From: Marsupella aquatica
Lineage: Eukaryota; Plantae; Marchantiophyta
DNA length: 64,000 nucleotides
NCBI GenBank assembly: GCA_973895155.1
Contig: OZ316897.1
Span: 186,001-250,000 of the forward strand
Reading direction: 5' to 3'
Shown: positions 36,343-49,068 of the stretch, one piece after another
How the letters are laid out: the number at the start of each line of letters is the position of its first letter
Position numbering within the stretch: position 1 is the first letter of the stretch
Notes under the pieces: generated by a model
What the model was told of the DNA's origin: nothing
The model's database searches: none
What the model saw: only the letters and a program-made list of their open reading frames with translations
Made by a program: the position numbers and the translations under genes

Positions 36343-38574
36343 TGTCACGCCAGAAGATTTGTCCTTACGCGGATTTCGGCTTAGGCTGGCATAAACCCCG
36401 TTAGTATTGAGGTTTCGGGCAAGGAGGGATGTGCAAACGGTACTTTATTCCCCTAACCCAGCGCTAAGCGCGCCTGGTTCTACTTCTTTGAGTACCATAG
36501 GTATGCTTTGTGTTCCGCCACTGGAACGTACCTTAAATCGATAGCTTGATCGACCCCGGCTTAAGGGCTTCTAAGCCTTCGTGCTGTCCGCCTCCGATCT
36601 GGATCTGTTGATGTGGCTCTCAACCCGGGCTCGCAACCACTATCCGCGGCTGCACCCCGTGCACAACCCGCATAATGCATTCGGCCAAGCGTATTTGCAC
36701 ACATACGGGACTGACAACTGCAATACTTCACAACATTCAATCCCGGTTTACATGAAGGAAATGCTGGGGAAAAGACTTTACTTCAGAATCCGGTATATAC
36801 ATTCGTACGGTTGACTTGACTTCTTCTGAACTGTGAGCCCAACAGCGGTAAGCTGTACACTACAATGGAGCCCGGCTCCGCACTCGCCCGACGAGATTAG
36901 TCGCACACTCACCCCTTGGTGCCTCTCTGTTCACGAAGGCCGGGACTCCCCGCACATCCTGTGGATACCCGGTTCTGAACCTAAAATCCCCCCCCCCCGC
37001 CTCTACCGGGGGATGCACTAAATACTAACTAAGAGCCGTGGCCAAGCACGGCCGTGACGCCCAATCTAATCTACACTAAATTCCTCTAACTGTCAGGCCA
37101 AAGAACAACGTGTCTTATTCCAAGATCCTATGCTAAGGGGAGTTGGTCGGATAAGACAGCGCCGCTAACTAGTTTCAGCGCTTACCTCCAACGTCCGACC
37201 GCCCGTCTAAACCTATTTCTACTCTACACCTACTCTGCCGCTAATGTTTGGCACGCTTGCCAGACCCACCCGAGTTGGACTTGGACTGACCATCCCGTTG
37301 TCTTCTCAGCCGGTCTACATCCTGCTTGAGTAGTTGGACTTGATCCAGGAGAGATTTGGTCTCTCGCTTTGTTGTGTCTGTCTCCTCCGCGGCGTCCTTG
37401 CATGCCTCTTCCAACTGCTGGGCATCGCTCATCAGGTGCGCAACCAGTTGGTCCTTCTTGGAGAAGCCATGCCACCTCTGCCTTTAGGGCGTCCACCTCG
37501 GCTGCATCTCTTTGGGCCCAAGTGTCAGCCTCCTCCACGTCTTTCTGCCAGATGACGGCTTGCCCATTCAAGCTGTCAATTTGGGTCCCGAGCCGTGAGA
37601 TCTCGACATCCTTTCTGGCCCCGGCTTGCACGGCCAAGGCTACCTTGGCTTCAGCGTCGGTGACCTGGGTCAAAGCGGTCGCAAGCTAAGGCCAGAGAAG
37701 TTGAAGCTCGATTTCTCGGGCTGAGGCTTCATCTAATAGTTTGGTTGCCCCAACCCAATACTGCTCTATCTTCTTCGCGGCTTCAGCCTGAGCATGCCCT
37801 GCTTTCACCGCCGCAACCAGCTCTTGGCTGAAGAAATAAGCAACCTTGCGGGCCATGAACTCCCCCATATCTCGACGAACTTGTAGGGAGAAGTTGCCAA
37901 GCAACCCATTCAAATATGTGCCCGGTCCAAAGAGTTATGGGTTCACCAGAATGTGCCCACTTGGGTTAGGCAAGGACAGACCTCAACTTGGGTGGAGGCC
38001 GGAGTGGTCACATCCAGATCTGGGGTGACGAGGATAGGGGGAGATGGGTCTTCCGAAGGGGAAGGGAAACCCGCCCGGACGGGTGTGGAGGATACTAGGG
38101 CTTCCTCCGTGATCAAGGCCTCTGGTTCGGGGCCAACTTCAACCAAATTGACCAAGACGGTTGCACAGGCCTGGTTTCATGCGTCCAGGGTCGCGATGAC
38201 TGCTGTATCCGGTACGGAAGAAGGGGCTCCAACAGTTGTCTACGGGGTTGGGATGGGGGTGGACACCACGGGCGCTGGACTCCGGGTTTTGGGTTGGGGC
38301 TGCCTCTCCTAATCTGGAAAGACCCACCTGGCCGGGGTGAGTTTGGGCTCGTTGCACTGAGGAAGGGTTTGGCAATCAAAAGACGGGCATACCACTCTAT
38401 GATAATCTCGATGTGGCTTGCAAGGTATGCCTTCCCCCCAAGGTACAAGATATTCCTTCGTCGTTCCATCTCCTTGTGGAACTTCTTGACAACTTTAGAA
38501 AAAAGCCCACTTCCTAGGCCGGTAGTTCTCGACTTGAATCACCTGGGTGGCATTTATCTCTCCCCGCGGCTCCA
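36343..38574 (-). mobile_element. 3' portion of a Gypsy long coding LTR (minus orientation), interrupted at 38574 by a sibling element
   Basis: Starts TGTCACGCC; colinear with 38575-39621 plus 44251-45404; contains coiled-coil ORF pieces at 37230-38570. Confidence 0.75.
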
Positions 38575-40514
38575 TGTCACGCCGAAAGCTTCATCCTTAT
38601 ACGGATTTTGGCTTAGGCAGTCATAATCTTCATTAGTTTTGAGGGTTTGGGCTAGGAGGGATGTGCAAACTACACCTTACTCTCGCAATATAGTGCTAAG
38701 TGCGCCTATTTTTACCTACGTACATAACATGGGTATGATTTGTGTTCCGCCGCCTGAATGTACCTTAAGTCGATAGCAAGATCAACCCCGGCTTAAGGGC
38801 TTCTAAGCCTTCATACTATCCGCCTTTGATCCGGATCCGATGATATGGGTATCCAATCCGGGCTTGCAACCACTATCTGCAATCGGCACCCCGTGCACGG
38901 CTTGGATAACGCGTTCGGTCAAGCATCCTATACCCGCATACGAGACTCATTCATGCAACGGAACCCACAATCATACAATCTCGGTTTACATGAAGGAAAT
39001 GGTGGGGAAAAGACTTTACTTCAGATTGACTCGACGTCTTTTGAATGGACAGGCCCAACGGCAAGGAGGTGTACACCACAACGGAACCTAGCTCCGCACT
39101 TGCCTAGCAAGCTTAGTCATACCCTCCTTCCTTGGTGCTCTTCTATTCATAAAGGCCGGGACTCCCCGCACATCCTGCGGACACCCGGTTCTGAATCTAA
39201 AATCCCCCTACCTCTACCAAGGGGTGCACTAAATACTAACTAAGAGCCATGGCCCGGAATGGCCATGTGCTCAAATCTATCCTTAGCTAACTGTCAGGCC
39301 GGAAACGGCGTGTCCTATACTAAGATTTTAAGCTAACTCGGAGGTGGTCAGACCAGACAGCGCCGCTAACTAGTTTTGGCGCTTGTCCCTAGTGTCTGAC
39401 TACCTGACTAAACTAACTCTACTCTAAATCTGCTACGCCGCTAACGCCTGGCGCACTTGCCAGACCCACCCGAGTTGGACTTGGAGCGCCATCCCGCTGC
39501 CTCCGCACCCGGTCCAGGTCCTGCTTGAGTAGTTGGACCTGGTCGAGGAGAGATTTGTTTTCTCTCTTCGCCACGTCCGTCTCCTCCGCGGCTTCCTGGC
39601 ATGCCTCTTCCAATTGTTGGGTGTGGCGCATTTTCCAACCCTCTAACCCCAAGAACCATCAGCAACCGGCTATGAACCCCTACTTATGGTCGGCTTATGG
39701 TGGTTTAGCTACCATTCGGCTTGGAAATGCGGTCTACTCTTGATCCACACTATGCTGGACCGATTCTTTCACTGGGCTTGCGAATTGTGTATTGCTGAGA
39801 CTCCTAATTCTCTATTGACTTTGTCGGGTATGTTTGTATTCCGCCCCCGGAATGTACCTCTACGGCTTACTCTATTAAGCTGGCTGAAGGTTTTTCTCAG
39901 ACCGACTCAACCCGCACTTTAACCAACAAAACACTCTCAATCCTCACTTTTCTCTCAGAGTTTGGTTTGGTACTCTCCAATCAAGACAATGCGATTGTAT
40001 AGCTTCGCAGTCACTCTATCTGACTCAAATCGATCAAGCAACAAGTATCACAACACACAATGCCATGATTGCAAGAATCTGCGAACTAGGCAACAAGGCC
40101 AACTCAATTCAAACAATTGCACATAAATGGAATTTGTGGTTTACTGATAATCCGTGATCTAGATTTAGCCGAGAGCTTATGCTAGTAATACTGACTTTAC
40201 ACTAGAGTCTTGACTAAGAAAAAGCCCCCCAAGCCACGCTGCCCAGGTTTTTATCCTTGCAGCGCATCCAGGGGAATCGGCGGAAATCCAAACCACAAAT
40301 CACGGCCTTCCATCGTGATAATCCAGCTAATTAACTAACACCTAACATAATTTGACTAACCCGAAACCTTGTGGGAACCGAGCATCTAATACTACCTAAG
40401 CCGACAAGGCGCTACTTGCCCTGTCCCATCCTACAACAATCGCGCCCTTCTGGCCCAAGCCCTTCTCCTACCGCCACGTCCTCCTTCCAACCGACGACTG
40501 GCCCTCTTTAATTG

Positions 40515-43500
40515 TCAGATGACCGGGGGTAAGCCCGAATCTTCCGACTCTACACCTTCTCCTGCCATCGGCTCCGGCTTGATCCCTTTGGCTTCCTCGA
40601 CTTTGGGTTCTGGTTTATCGGCCCCGGCATCAGCAGCGGCATCTTCCTGGGAAACGGCTTGGATAGCGTTGGCCTTTACTTCCTCAATCCAAGCCTGCTC
40701 TCCAATCCGTTCGGTATGGATCTTCCATGGCTTCACATTCTGGTAGTCCATGGTGGTTGTACCGGTGTTTGAACCTGTTACCGTAGCTCCAAGTTCATCG
40801 GCATTACTTATCTCTACCACGGCTGCCTTCGTAGCAACAGTCCCACAAATGTGAGCGGCCATACTCTCAACCTCCTCTGGAGTGGCCTTGAGAGGCACCC
40901 CAGCAGTACCTGCTGGCCCCATGAATGTTTTGGCCAGATCTGCTACCAACTGCATTGCCTTACCCCCAGTTACTCTTGACAATATAGATGTCGACTTTGG
41001 CACTTCAGTATTCCCGGCTACCACGCCACTAGTGGGAGACCGTCCAGTTGGTGATCCGTGCCCGGCTTCGGCATACTTCCGCAACTTCTCTGTTTGATTA
41101 TCTGCACGCCTCTGCAAGCTGATCATCTTGTCTTTGGCCTCCTCCAGCTCTTGGGATAAATCCTCAACTTCCTCATTAAGCCGATGCGCCTCATCCTTGG
41201 CCGCCTTGAGCTCCTTGTTTAAGATCTGCACGATCTCAAACTCCTTCTTATCCAAAGCGGCTCTCTGGGAATCGTTGATGATTTCCAGCTTTGTGACCTC
41301 ATCCGTCCATGCCTGCTTTGTCCGGGTTATCTCCTCTTGCAGCTCCTTGCGTATCTGTTGGACTTGGCTTAGGTGATCATTGGCCACAGTGAAAATGGCG
41401 TCCTCATGCTTCTCTTGCATGGCCTCCAACCGGTCGAGTAACTTGTTATACTTCCTTTGGGCTTCTACCAAGGCCTTCTCGCTCTGGGTGGCCTGGTCCT
41501 TAGCCGTCTTTTTGAGCCTCTAGACTTGGCGAATTAGACCCTGTACCTCTACTTTTGAATCGGCTAACTCCAGCTCTACCTTCGTCAAATTTTCATTGAT
41601 CTGCTGGTTATCCAATTGGTAGTTATCCAATTGGTTGTTTGCCACCTCCAATTCCTGCTGCTTAGCCAACAGATCCTGCTGAGCTTGTTGATCAAACTTT
41701 GTCTTAGCAACTTCGGCTTCCATGGAGCGAAGCCGAGCGATTACCTCTTCTTTCTTTAATTGCTCCAACGTCATTGCCTCCTCCAACCTTGTTTGGTCAG
41801 CCATTTCCTTTCTAAGAAATGGTCCAGATTCTAACTCATTAATTGCCGAAGATTTCTAAGGCTAGCAGTCCATACATGTCTCCATACTCCCTAGCCCGAT
41901 CCGTCGCATATTTTGACCTGCCAGGTGATACTGGCATCTGCCAACAAGGCCATTTCTCTCAAGCTTTGGCCCGTAATTGATCGGAGTCAGTGAGAGGCTC
42001 AACCTGCTTCTCACTAAGCCATTTTATTTTCTCCGGCCAATCACCGCCTGGTAGCTGTCGTTCCTGTATGTCATTTTGGGCCCTCCACTTGTCAAGTTTC
42101 TCCTTCAGACCTGCCTCAGATTCCTTCATTTGGTCAAATTCCAATGGTGTCACGTCCGGTGGAGGAGACTCTGGGGTTTTCTGATCCTCCGGCTTGCCAA
42201 AAAAGACTGAGGGAAGTCTTCTACAAAACCTTCCCAACGTTCTCACTCCTGGCACCGGTCTCTCCCCATGATCGACATAATCATCATCGTAGTCATCCAC
42301 ATTAACCTGACTACCAAGCATGCCGGCCTCTTCTGCAAAGCCCCCAATCTCCTCCTCTGAGTATTGTTGGGCTGCCACTGGTTGATTTACCTCCAGTGGT
42401 TCCTCCACTTGGGCTCGGCTAGAAGCTCTAAGGACTGGCCTCTCCTGACTACGGCTTCGGCTTCCATCTTTTGACTCCGAATCCATTTGCTCATCTCGTT
42501 TCTTTCTTTCTTCGGCAGTCATCTTCCTCTCTACCAGTTGAATACCTGCATATGAGTTATTACGAGTAGGCCGTCGCAATGGATTTTTCACCACATCATA
42601 TGTTACCACCTCTGGTTCCTTGAGAGGGGGATTCTCCCGTCCCTGGACTGCCTATGTTTCCGGCCTATTCTCCCATCCCTGGACTGCCTGTGTTGCCGGC
42701 CTCTTCTCTTGCCTTGCTTGTTCAGGGGCTGCTCGTCCTCCTCCTCCACACGTGCTGTAATCGGCATCCTCTCCTGTAGTGGTAACACGGGTGCAAAAGA
42801 CTGGCTTCTTGCATATTGGCAAAGTAATTGCAGATGGTACCCTAGTTTGGATACCGCTCCTTCCCCAATACTCTGCTTCTCTTCATTCAATGCCTTCCTT
42901 AACTGCATTAAAAGATAGCCATTGTAGTCTTGGCTTGAATCGATATTCTCCACCAAAAATACCTGGGCTTTGCCGATCTTTGCTCTCGGCAATGTACAGT
43001 GTAGCGTGACTCGTAAGAAATCAATCAACTGCCCCACATGTGGATTAGTGCATTGATTTCTAAAGAATCCATTCTTAGTAGAGGGCCCTAGAAATGATCG
43101 GAATTGGTTATCCGGCAATGTCTTTTGCTGCTCCACCTTAGTTTTATTCCCTTGTGGAAGAGCGAAGATGGCTTCAATTAGTGCTGGCGTTAATTCTACC
43201 ACCTTCCCATACATCAGTGTCGTGTTAGAAGAAGCCTCCCAGCATCCTACAAAGTCTACTAGATCTTCGTCTGGTATGTCAATTAATCGCCATGGTAACC
43301 GAATGAATCCCTCTAAGCCGGTGTCGTTCATGTATCCAGAATACTTGTTATCCTGGATAGCATAGAAGATCTCATCTTCTTCTCGTGCAAACTGTAGTTG
43401 TAAGTCGGCAGGTAGCTTATCCGCCCAACCCGTCATAAACTTATCCTCTACTGCCCTATCATGAACTGGCACGGCTTCAGCCTTGGCCTGCCTCTCCGAT

Positions 43501-43550
43501 CGATTCCGCTTAGCTGGTGTTGCAGACGCCGAACTACCTTTACGCTTCAT
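40515..43550 (-). pseudogene. LTR-internal ORF2 homolog (PMD-like plus coiled coil), broken by stops and frameshifts
   Basis: MKRK...LQFAREED...GLEGFIRLPW...GPSTKNGFFRNQCTNPH...LPGGDWPE...LQRRADNQTE; these blocks match 14006-17036. Confidence 0.75.
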
Positions 43551-43559
43551 CTCTTCAGT

Positions 43560-44070
43560 TCATGAGAACTTTCCAAGAATGGCTTCCTTGGTCCAAGCCA
43601 AAGTGTGACCCTTCAACTCCCACACCGGCTGTCCAGCGTTCTTAATTGCCTCCCGAATTCCAACGACTTGATTCTCTCTGATCAGCAACTCATCAAGCTC
43701 GGCACTGGTGGGAATCCATACAAATTTCTCAAGTACCTCCTCCGTTCCCACAAATGTCGTCTTATGAATTCCGCATAACCGCGCAAGCTCCGCCCGTTCC
43801 CTTGCTGCTTGTTCCGGCTTGACATCTTCGTAAGTTGGTATGAGTTGTCGTGCTTCTTCAAGCAAATAGCCCCAAAACTTGGCTGCTTGATCCACCGAAA
43901 GAAAAAGGAGCTTGAACAATTCCCTAACCACCTCCCCCGAATGATTGGCAGCTGCTTCCACCTTCCTAGGTTGATCGTACAAGCAAATGATCAAGTGTAC
44001 AGAGTGTTGGTCCCCTCCCTGCGAAGCCACCTCCTGATGGCTTGCCTGATCAAACCCGGATTAGGTCATA
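43560..44070 (-). pseudogene. LTR-internal ORF1 homolog
   Basis: Matches 13489-14034. Confidence 0.65.
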
Positions 44071-45800
44071 ACCCTAATCCCGCTCAATCGCGACCATTGG
44101 ATCTTACCATTATCGCAATCCCCCTCATAACACATTGCAATCGACTTTGGTCTTTATTCCTACCTTGTACTATTTAGCCATTATCTTTATTTAGCCATTA
44201 TTTGAGGCTTAACTAAGTACTTTGTGATCTTGGCAAGGCATCACATTGGGCGTCGCTCGTCAACTTGTCCACCAATTGGGCCTGCTTTGTGGCTTCTTCT
44301 TGAAGCCGTGCCACCTCTGCTTTTAGGGTGTCCACCTCAGCTGCATCTTGTTGAGCCCGAGCCTCGGCCTCCTCCACGTCCTTCTGCCAAATGACGGCTT
44401 GCCCCTTCAAGCCATCAATTTGGGTCCGGAGCCGTGAGAATTTGGCGTCCTTTCCGGCTCCAGCTTGCTCGGCCAAGGCTTCTCGGGCCCCGGCTTTGGC
44501 TACTTGGTTCAAAGCGGTCGCCAGCAGAGGTCGGAGAAGTTGAAGCTCGGTTTCTAAGGCTGAGGCTTTGTTCTTCAGGTGGGTCTCCTCAATCTGATAC
44601 CGCTCTATCTTTTGCATGGTCTTGGCTCAGGTATGTCCCGCTTGTACAGCCACAACCAGTTCCTGGTTGAAGAAGTAGGTCACCTTTCGGGCCATGAACT
44701 CCCCCGTATCCTATGCAATCTGTTGGGAGAAGTCACCTAGCAACCCATTCAAAAACGTGCCTGGTGCAAAGAGTTCCGGGCACTCCAGGTTATGCCCACT
44801 CAGGGTAGGGCAAGGACAGACCTTCGCTCGTGCGGGGTCGGAGTGGTGACGTCCAATCCCTGAACAACGAAGATGGAGGGGGCTGGATTCTCTACCAGGG
44901 ACGGGGAATTCTCCTGCACGGTTGTGGAGGGTACCGAGGTGTCCTCCGAAATCATAGTGTCGGGCCCGGGTCCGCCTTCTTCCAACCCGGCTTCGTTGAT
45001 CTTGTGAGCCTGGTTGATCGAGTCCAAGGTCGCAATGACCGCTTCATTTGGTACGGAAGGAGGGGCGGCAGCTGCTAGTGAGGCCGGGGTGGTCACGGTC
45101 ACCACAGGTGCCGGGCTTTGGGCTTCAGGCAGGGGCCGCCTCTCCTGAGCCAAGAAGACCCACCTTGATGGAGTGAGTTTGGGCTCATTAAGCCGCGGAA
45201 GGGTTCATCGGTCAAAATGGGCATACCACTTGATGATAATTTTGATGTGGCTTGCAAGGTACGCTTTCCCGCCCAAGTACAAGGTCTTCCTTCTTTGTTC
45301 CATCTCCTGATGGAATTTCTTTACAAAGAAAGAGGCCCATTTCCTTGGCCGGTAGTTCTTGACCTCGATTATTTGTGTGGCTGATATCTCTCCCCGTGGC
45401 TCCATCATGTGGAGGGCGTATAGTTGAAACTCGAGCCGCTTAGCTATCTCCGGGATGAGGCATGTTCTCATCAAGAAGCCGTTGTCCACGCACCCTCGAC
45501 CGAGAAGCTGGAAGATTGATACTTGGCTCCCTTGCCCCCTAGAGCCCGCGACTCTACCCGATTTACTCCCTCAGGTAAGCCAAAGATCATCTTAAATAAG
45601 CCGTGCCTCGTTTAGGGGACATTACTCGTCCGTGCGCACGGGTCAGCTGGCGGGCCTTGTCAAAGTTCTGGATGAACTCCGTCATGTCCTGCCCGTAGTA
45701 TTTGCAAGTATTCCAAGGGAGAGAGGCGAGGTTCTCGAACCCTTGGGTCTTCCGGTAGCATGCATGCTTGGGGTGAAGTATGTTCAAAAGAAGCGTATTC

Positions 45801-46822
45801 ACTTGTCATCCCAATCCGTTTTGTGCGCGGCTACAATTTTGTTGAGAATCTTCCCGATAATTCTGTTTTCCGTCTCAGTCAGTCCATTGGCTTTTGGATG
45901 GTACGGGGTGGTTTTGCAGTGCTTGACTAGGTACCGTTCTGTAAGGCACTCCACAATCTCGTTAATGAAATGCATTCCCCAATCGCTGACTAACTCCAAG
46001 GGTGGCCCAAAGCAAGTAAAGATTTGTTCATACAGGAACCTTGCGCTGGTAGCGGCATCATCCCTTACCGTAGCCCAAGCCTCCACCCACTTGGTGGAAT
46101 AGTCTATGGCTAGCAGGATGTACCTGCATCTGTGCCTCCGGGTGACTGGGGTAATTGGCCCAATGTAATCAATGCCCCATTTCTCAAAAGGCGCAAGCGG
46201 AAGTACGGAGGTGAGTGGGTGGTGGTGAGATTTCCTTTGGGCGCCAGCCCGCTGGCATAAATCGCATCCTTTAATAAAGCATTGTACGTCCTGATGTAGC
46301 GTAGGCCACCAATACCCCAAATCCAAGATCTTTCGGGCAGTAGTGATGGCCACAAAATGGCCTCCGGCCTCCTCTTCGTGTAGGGTCCGCATCACAATGA
46401 GCGTCTCCTTGTATTCCAGGCAGCAATGTAGCTTACCGTTGACTCCTTCCTTATGTAAGTGGCCCTGTATCATCATATATGGCCCGGCCTTTTGTAAGAA
46501 CATGGCGGCAGCCTCCTGATTAATCCCATCCGGTATGCGGCCCGTGAGGAGGAACGTAATAAGCAGTCCGTACCACGTGGGTGTACCTTCCCCTATGTGG
46601 AATAGTTCCTCGTTTGGGAAGGTATTGTTAATAGGTTGATCGACAAGTACATCGTCCAATCATGAAAAGAAATTGGCGTTGCGATGTGCTTTCCCTGGCC
46701 GAACCCGTACCTCATAATTAAACTCCTGTAAGAGCAATACCCACCTTGCTATCCCGCCCGTGATATTTGCTTTGTTGACCATGTATTTTAAACTATCATG
46801 ATTCGTATGGAAGATGACTTTA
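45801..46822 (-). pseudogene. Gypsy pol fragment: end of RNase H, integrase HHCC and DDE core
   Basis: HTNHDSLKYM...ARWVLLLQEFNYEVRVRPGKAH; HEEEAGGHF...CDLC; WGIDYIG, LVSDWG, YHPKANGLTE. Confidence 0.9.
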
Positions 46823-47549
46823 TATTGGTGGCCTACGCTACATTGGGATGTACAACACTTTATTAAAGGATGCAATTTATGCCAACGGGTTGGCACCCCA
46901 AGGAAATCTCACCACCACCCACTCACCTCCGTACTTTCGCTTGCGCCATTAGAGAAATGGGGCATTGATTACATTGGGCCAATTACCCCAGTCACCCGGA
47001 GGCACAGATCCAGGTACATCTTGCTAGCCATAGACTATTCCACCAAGTGGGTGGAGGCTCGGGCTATGATAAGGGATGATGCCGCTACCTGCGCAAGGTT
47101 CCTGTATGAACAAATCTTTACTCGCTTCGGGCCACCCTTGGAGTTAGTCAGCAATCGGGGAATGCATTTCATTAACAAGACCGTGGAGCGCCTTACGGAA
47201 TGGTACACCTGGTCAAGCACCGCAAAACCACCCCGTACCATCCAAAAGCCAATGGGCTGATTGAGATGGCAAACGGAATTATCGGGAAGATTCTCAACAG
47301 AACTGTAGCCGCACACAAAACGGATTGGGATGACAAGTTATACGCTGCTGTGTACTCGTACAACTTGGCTTACAAAACTACTACCAGTCACAGCCCGTAC
47401 TTCCTCGTGTTTGGACAACACTCGTTAGTACCAGTTGAGTTCAAAATTAACACACCACGGATCAGTGTTCGGGATTGCTTATCCGAAGCCGAAAGTTCTT
47501 CAGATAGAGCTTACCAGATTAAAGTGTTAGAAGAAGCCTGGGTACTAGC
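46823..47549 (+). pseudogene. Gypsy integrase fragment (inverted relative of 45801-46314), interrupted by element B
   Basis: YWWPTLH..C..C..WGIDYIG..YHPKANG..SPYFLVFG..EEAWVLA|; continues at 58452. Confidence 0.9.
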
Positions 47550-47695
47550 AAGGTGTTTACAAAAGGCAGTAAATAGCAAACAGCAAACTATAACAGGAAC
47601 TGGTAACAGCAAAATTTGTTGTTTTGGGTGCACATTTCTCCTAGTATTGTGGCAAAATTAAAAAAAGCGGTTCCTAAAATACTGATAATTATGCG

Positions 47696-47835
47696 ATGCC
47701 GAATACTAGTGCCGGGAGTCTATAGGCAAAACAATCACAAACGCATCATGCCGAATACTAGCGCTGGGTGTTCAAACCCAAAATAATGAAACATTAATCG
47801 CCCAAACATGCCGAATACTAGAGCCGGGCGCTTCT
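47696..47835 (+). repeat. Three subterminal direct repeats ATGCCGAATACTAG followed by a degenerate element-B palindrome
   Basis: Copies at about 47696, 47748 and 47808. Confidence 0.75.
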
Positions 47836-48643
47836 AATGCTTTGTGGAGAAAATCACGAGAATGTAGGATTGATGTTCAGGCTAAGAGCCAAGTAGAAAC
47901 CAAACATTTCCAATAGTCTAAGTTCAATATCAAAGCACAAAAGTAGGACTTAACCAAGGTATCTGAGTCAGAACTTCTAACGGGAAATTGAAAGAAAAGA
48001 AACCCAAGATTTTTTATTTAAGTGAAACATATTGTCCTCGATGTACAAATATTGCTACATAGGAACACTAAAGTTGCCAGTACAATTGTAACTAGCGCCA
48101 AGCGCTAATACTCCCGGTGGGTGCTTCCTCGTACAATGTCCTAGCTCGAAGAGTGACAGTCATTGTCAATCCCAGCGCCCTGACGATCTGGATCTTGGCG
48201 GAAACCATCTAATCGGAAGTTGACATATGCTCTCTTGGGCTGTCGATACACTGGCCTTCCATGGAATTGAGAAGGAGAAAAATGAGAGCAATGGACTTTG
48301 AAAGAAACAATAGTATGTTTATAAGGGACTTGGATTTCCCGTTATTGGCCCTCTTCTCGGTACCAGTTGCCGACTGAAAGCCAAATGACACTAGGGCGGA
48401 AACAACAAAATTCAAACAGAAACTTCCAACGTATTTTTTGGGGAGCGTCGGGCGCTAGTTAAACAAGGAGAGGAACCCACAAAAAGGACGTTACTAAAGA
48501 CCCCATTAACCATTGAATGGAAGGGGCAACCTCCCTCAAACTCAATTCCTATTTAATAAATTCAATAGCGCCCGGCGCTAACAAAAACCAAGGGCATACT
48601 CGTACAGTTGGGCGGAAGTTTGACCTAATAGAGGAGAAAATTG

Positions 48644-48961
48644 CTACCCTTCAGTGTCAAATTTTGAAGTCTCATTCTGGAAGCTATGAGATCTGTCGGT
48701 CGACTCTGCCTCATCATCAATATACTTGCTTCTAGAAACATCATCTACGTAGGGGTTCCTCATGAACTTCCTGTCTACTCCCCTAAGAAGCCTAAGTCCT
48801 TTTGTTTCCCAACAGAGCGTTCTAAATTTCTCTACCTTCCTCGCGACGTTCTCAGCGTATGATGGCAACACAAACGGCTTCTCGGGAGTGATGATTACAT
48901 TTTGAGCCACTTTCCTCCGGAGTTGAAACCGTTTTCTTTGGTTCCATTGTGACCTGCTCAA
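48644..48961 (-). CDS. Small ORF or terminal exon of element B, with YVDDVS/YIDDEAE motifs
   Basis: Homolog of 7-345; candidate acceptor GCAG at about 48954. Confidence 0.6.
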   Translation of the reverse strand: MSRSQWNQRKRFQLRRKVAQNVIITPEKPFVLPSYAENVARKVEKFRTLCWETKGLRLLRGVDRKFMRNPYVDDVSRSKYIDDEAESTDRSHSFQNETSKFDTEG

Positions 48962-49068
48962 AAGAGAAGCGGAAGAGAAAGAGGAAGTAAGTACTTAACC
49001 GATAGAACCGGTGGAATTGAAGGTTAGCCAACAATTGAAAGGATAAAGGAGCTTACGAGAGACGAAAA

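Larger units (their letters stand above)
39622..44245 (-). mobile_element. Second giant (4624 bp) protein-coding solo-LTR-like insertion, same family as 13374-17950
   Basis: Reverse complement begins TGTGATGCC and ends GCGCCACA; TSD TTGGG (39617-39621, 44246-44250). Same ORF1/ORF2 layout. Confidence 0.88.
38575..45800 (-). mobile_element. Gypsy long coding LTR (minus), split by insertion 39622-44245 and joined by deletion to integrase at about 45800
   Basis: TGTCACGCC terminus. ORF pieces PKHACYRKTQGFENLASLPW (45587-45775), 45205-45489, 44800-45153 and 44251-44617; the same ORF appears on the plus strand at 63955-64000. Confidence 0.75.

Noticed and set aside
42631-42702. 36-bp tandem duplication (HRQSRDGRI x2)
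   Set aside because: Local in-frame duplication in a low-complexity linker, absent from the homolog.
47696-47835. Regularly spaced short repeats resembling a CRISPR array
   Set aside because: Only three degenerate 14-bp repeats in a eukaryotic TE subterminus, with no cas genes.
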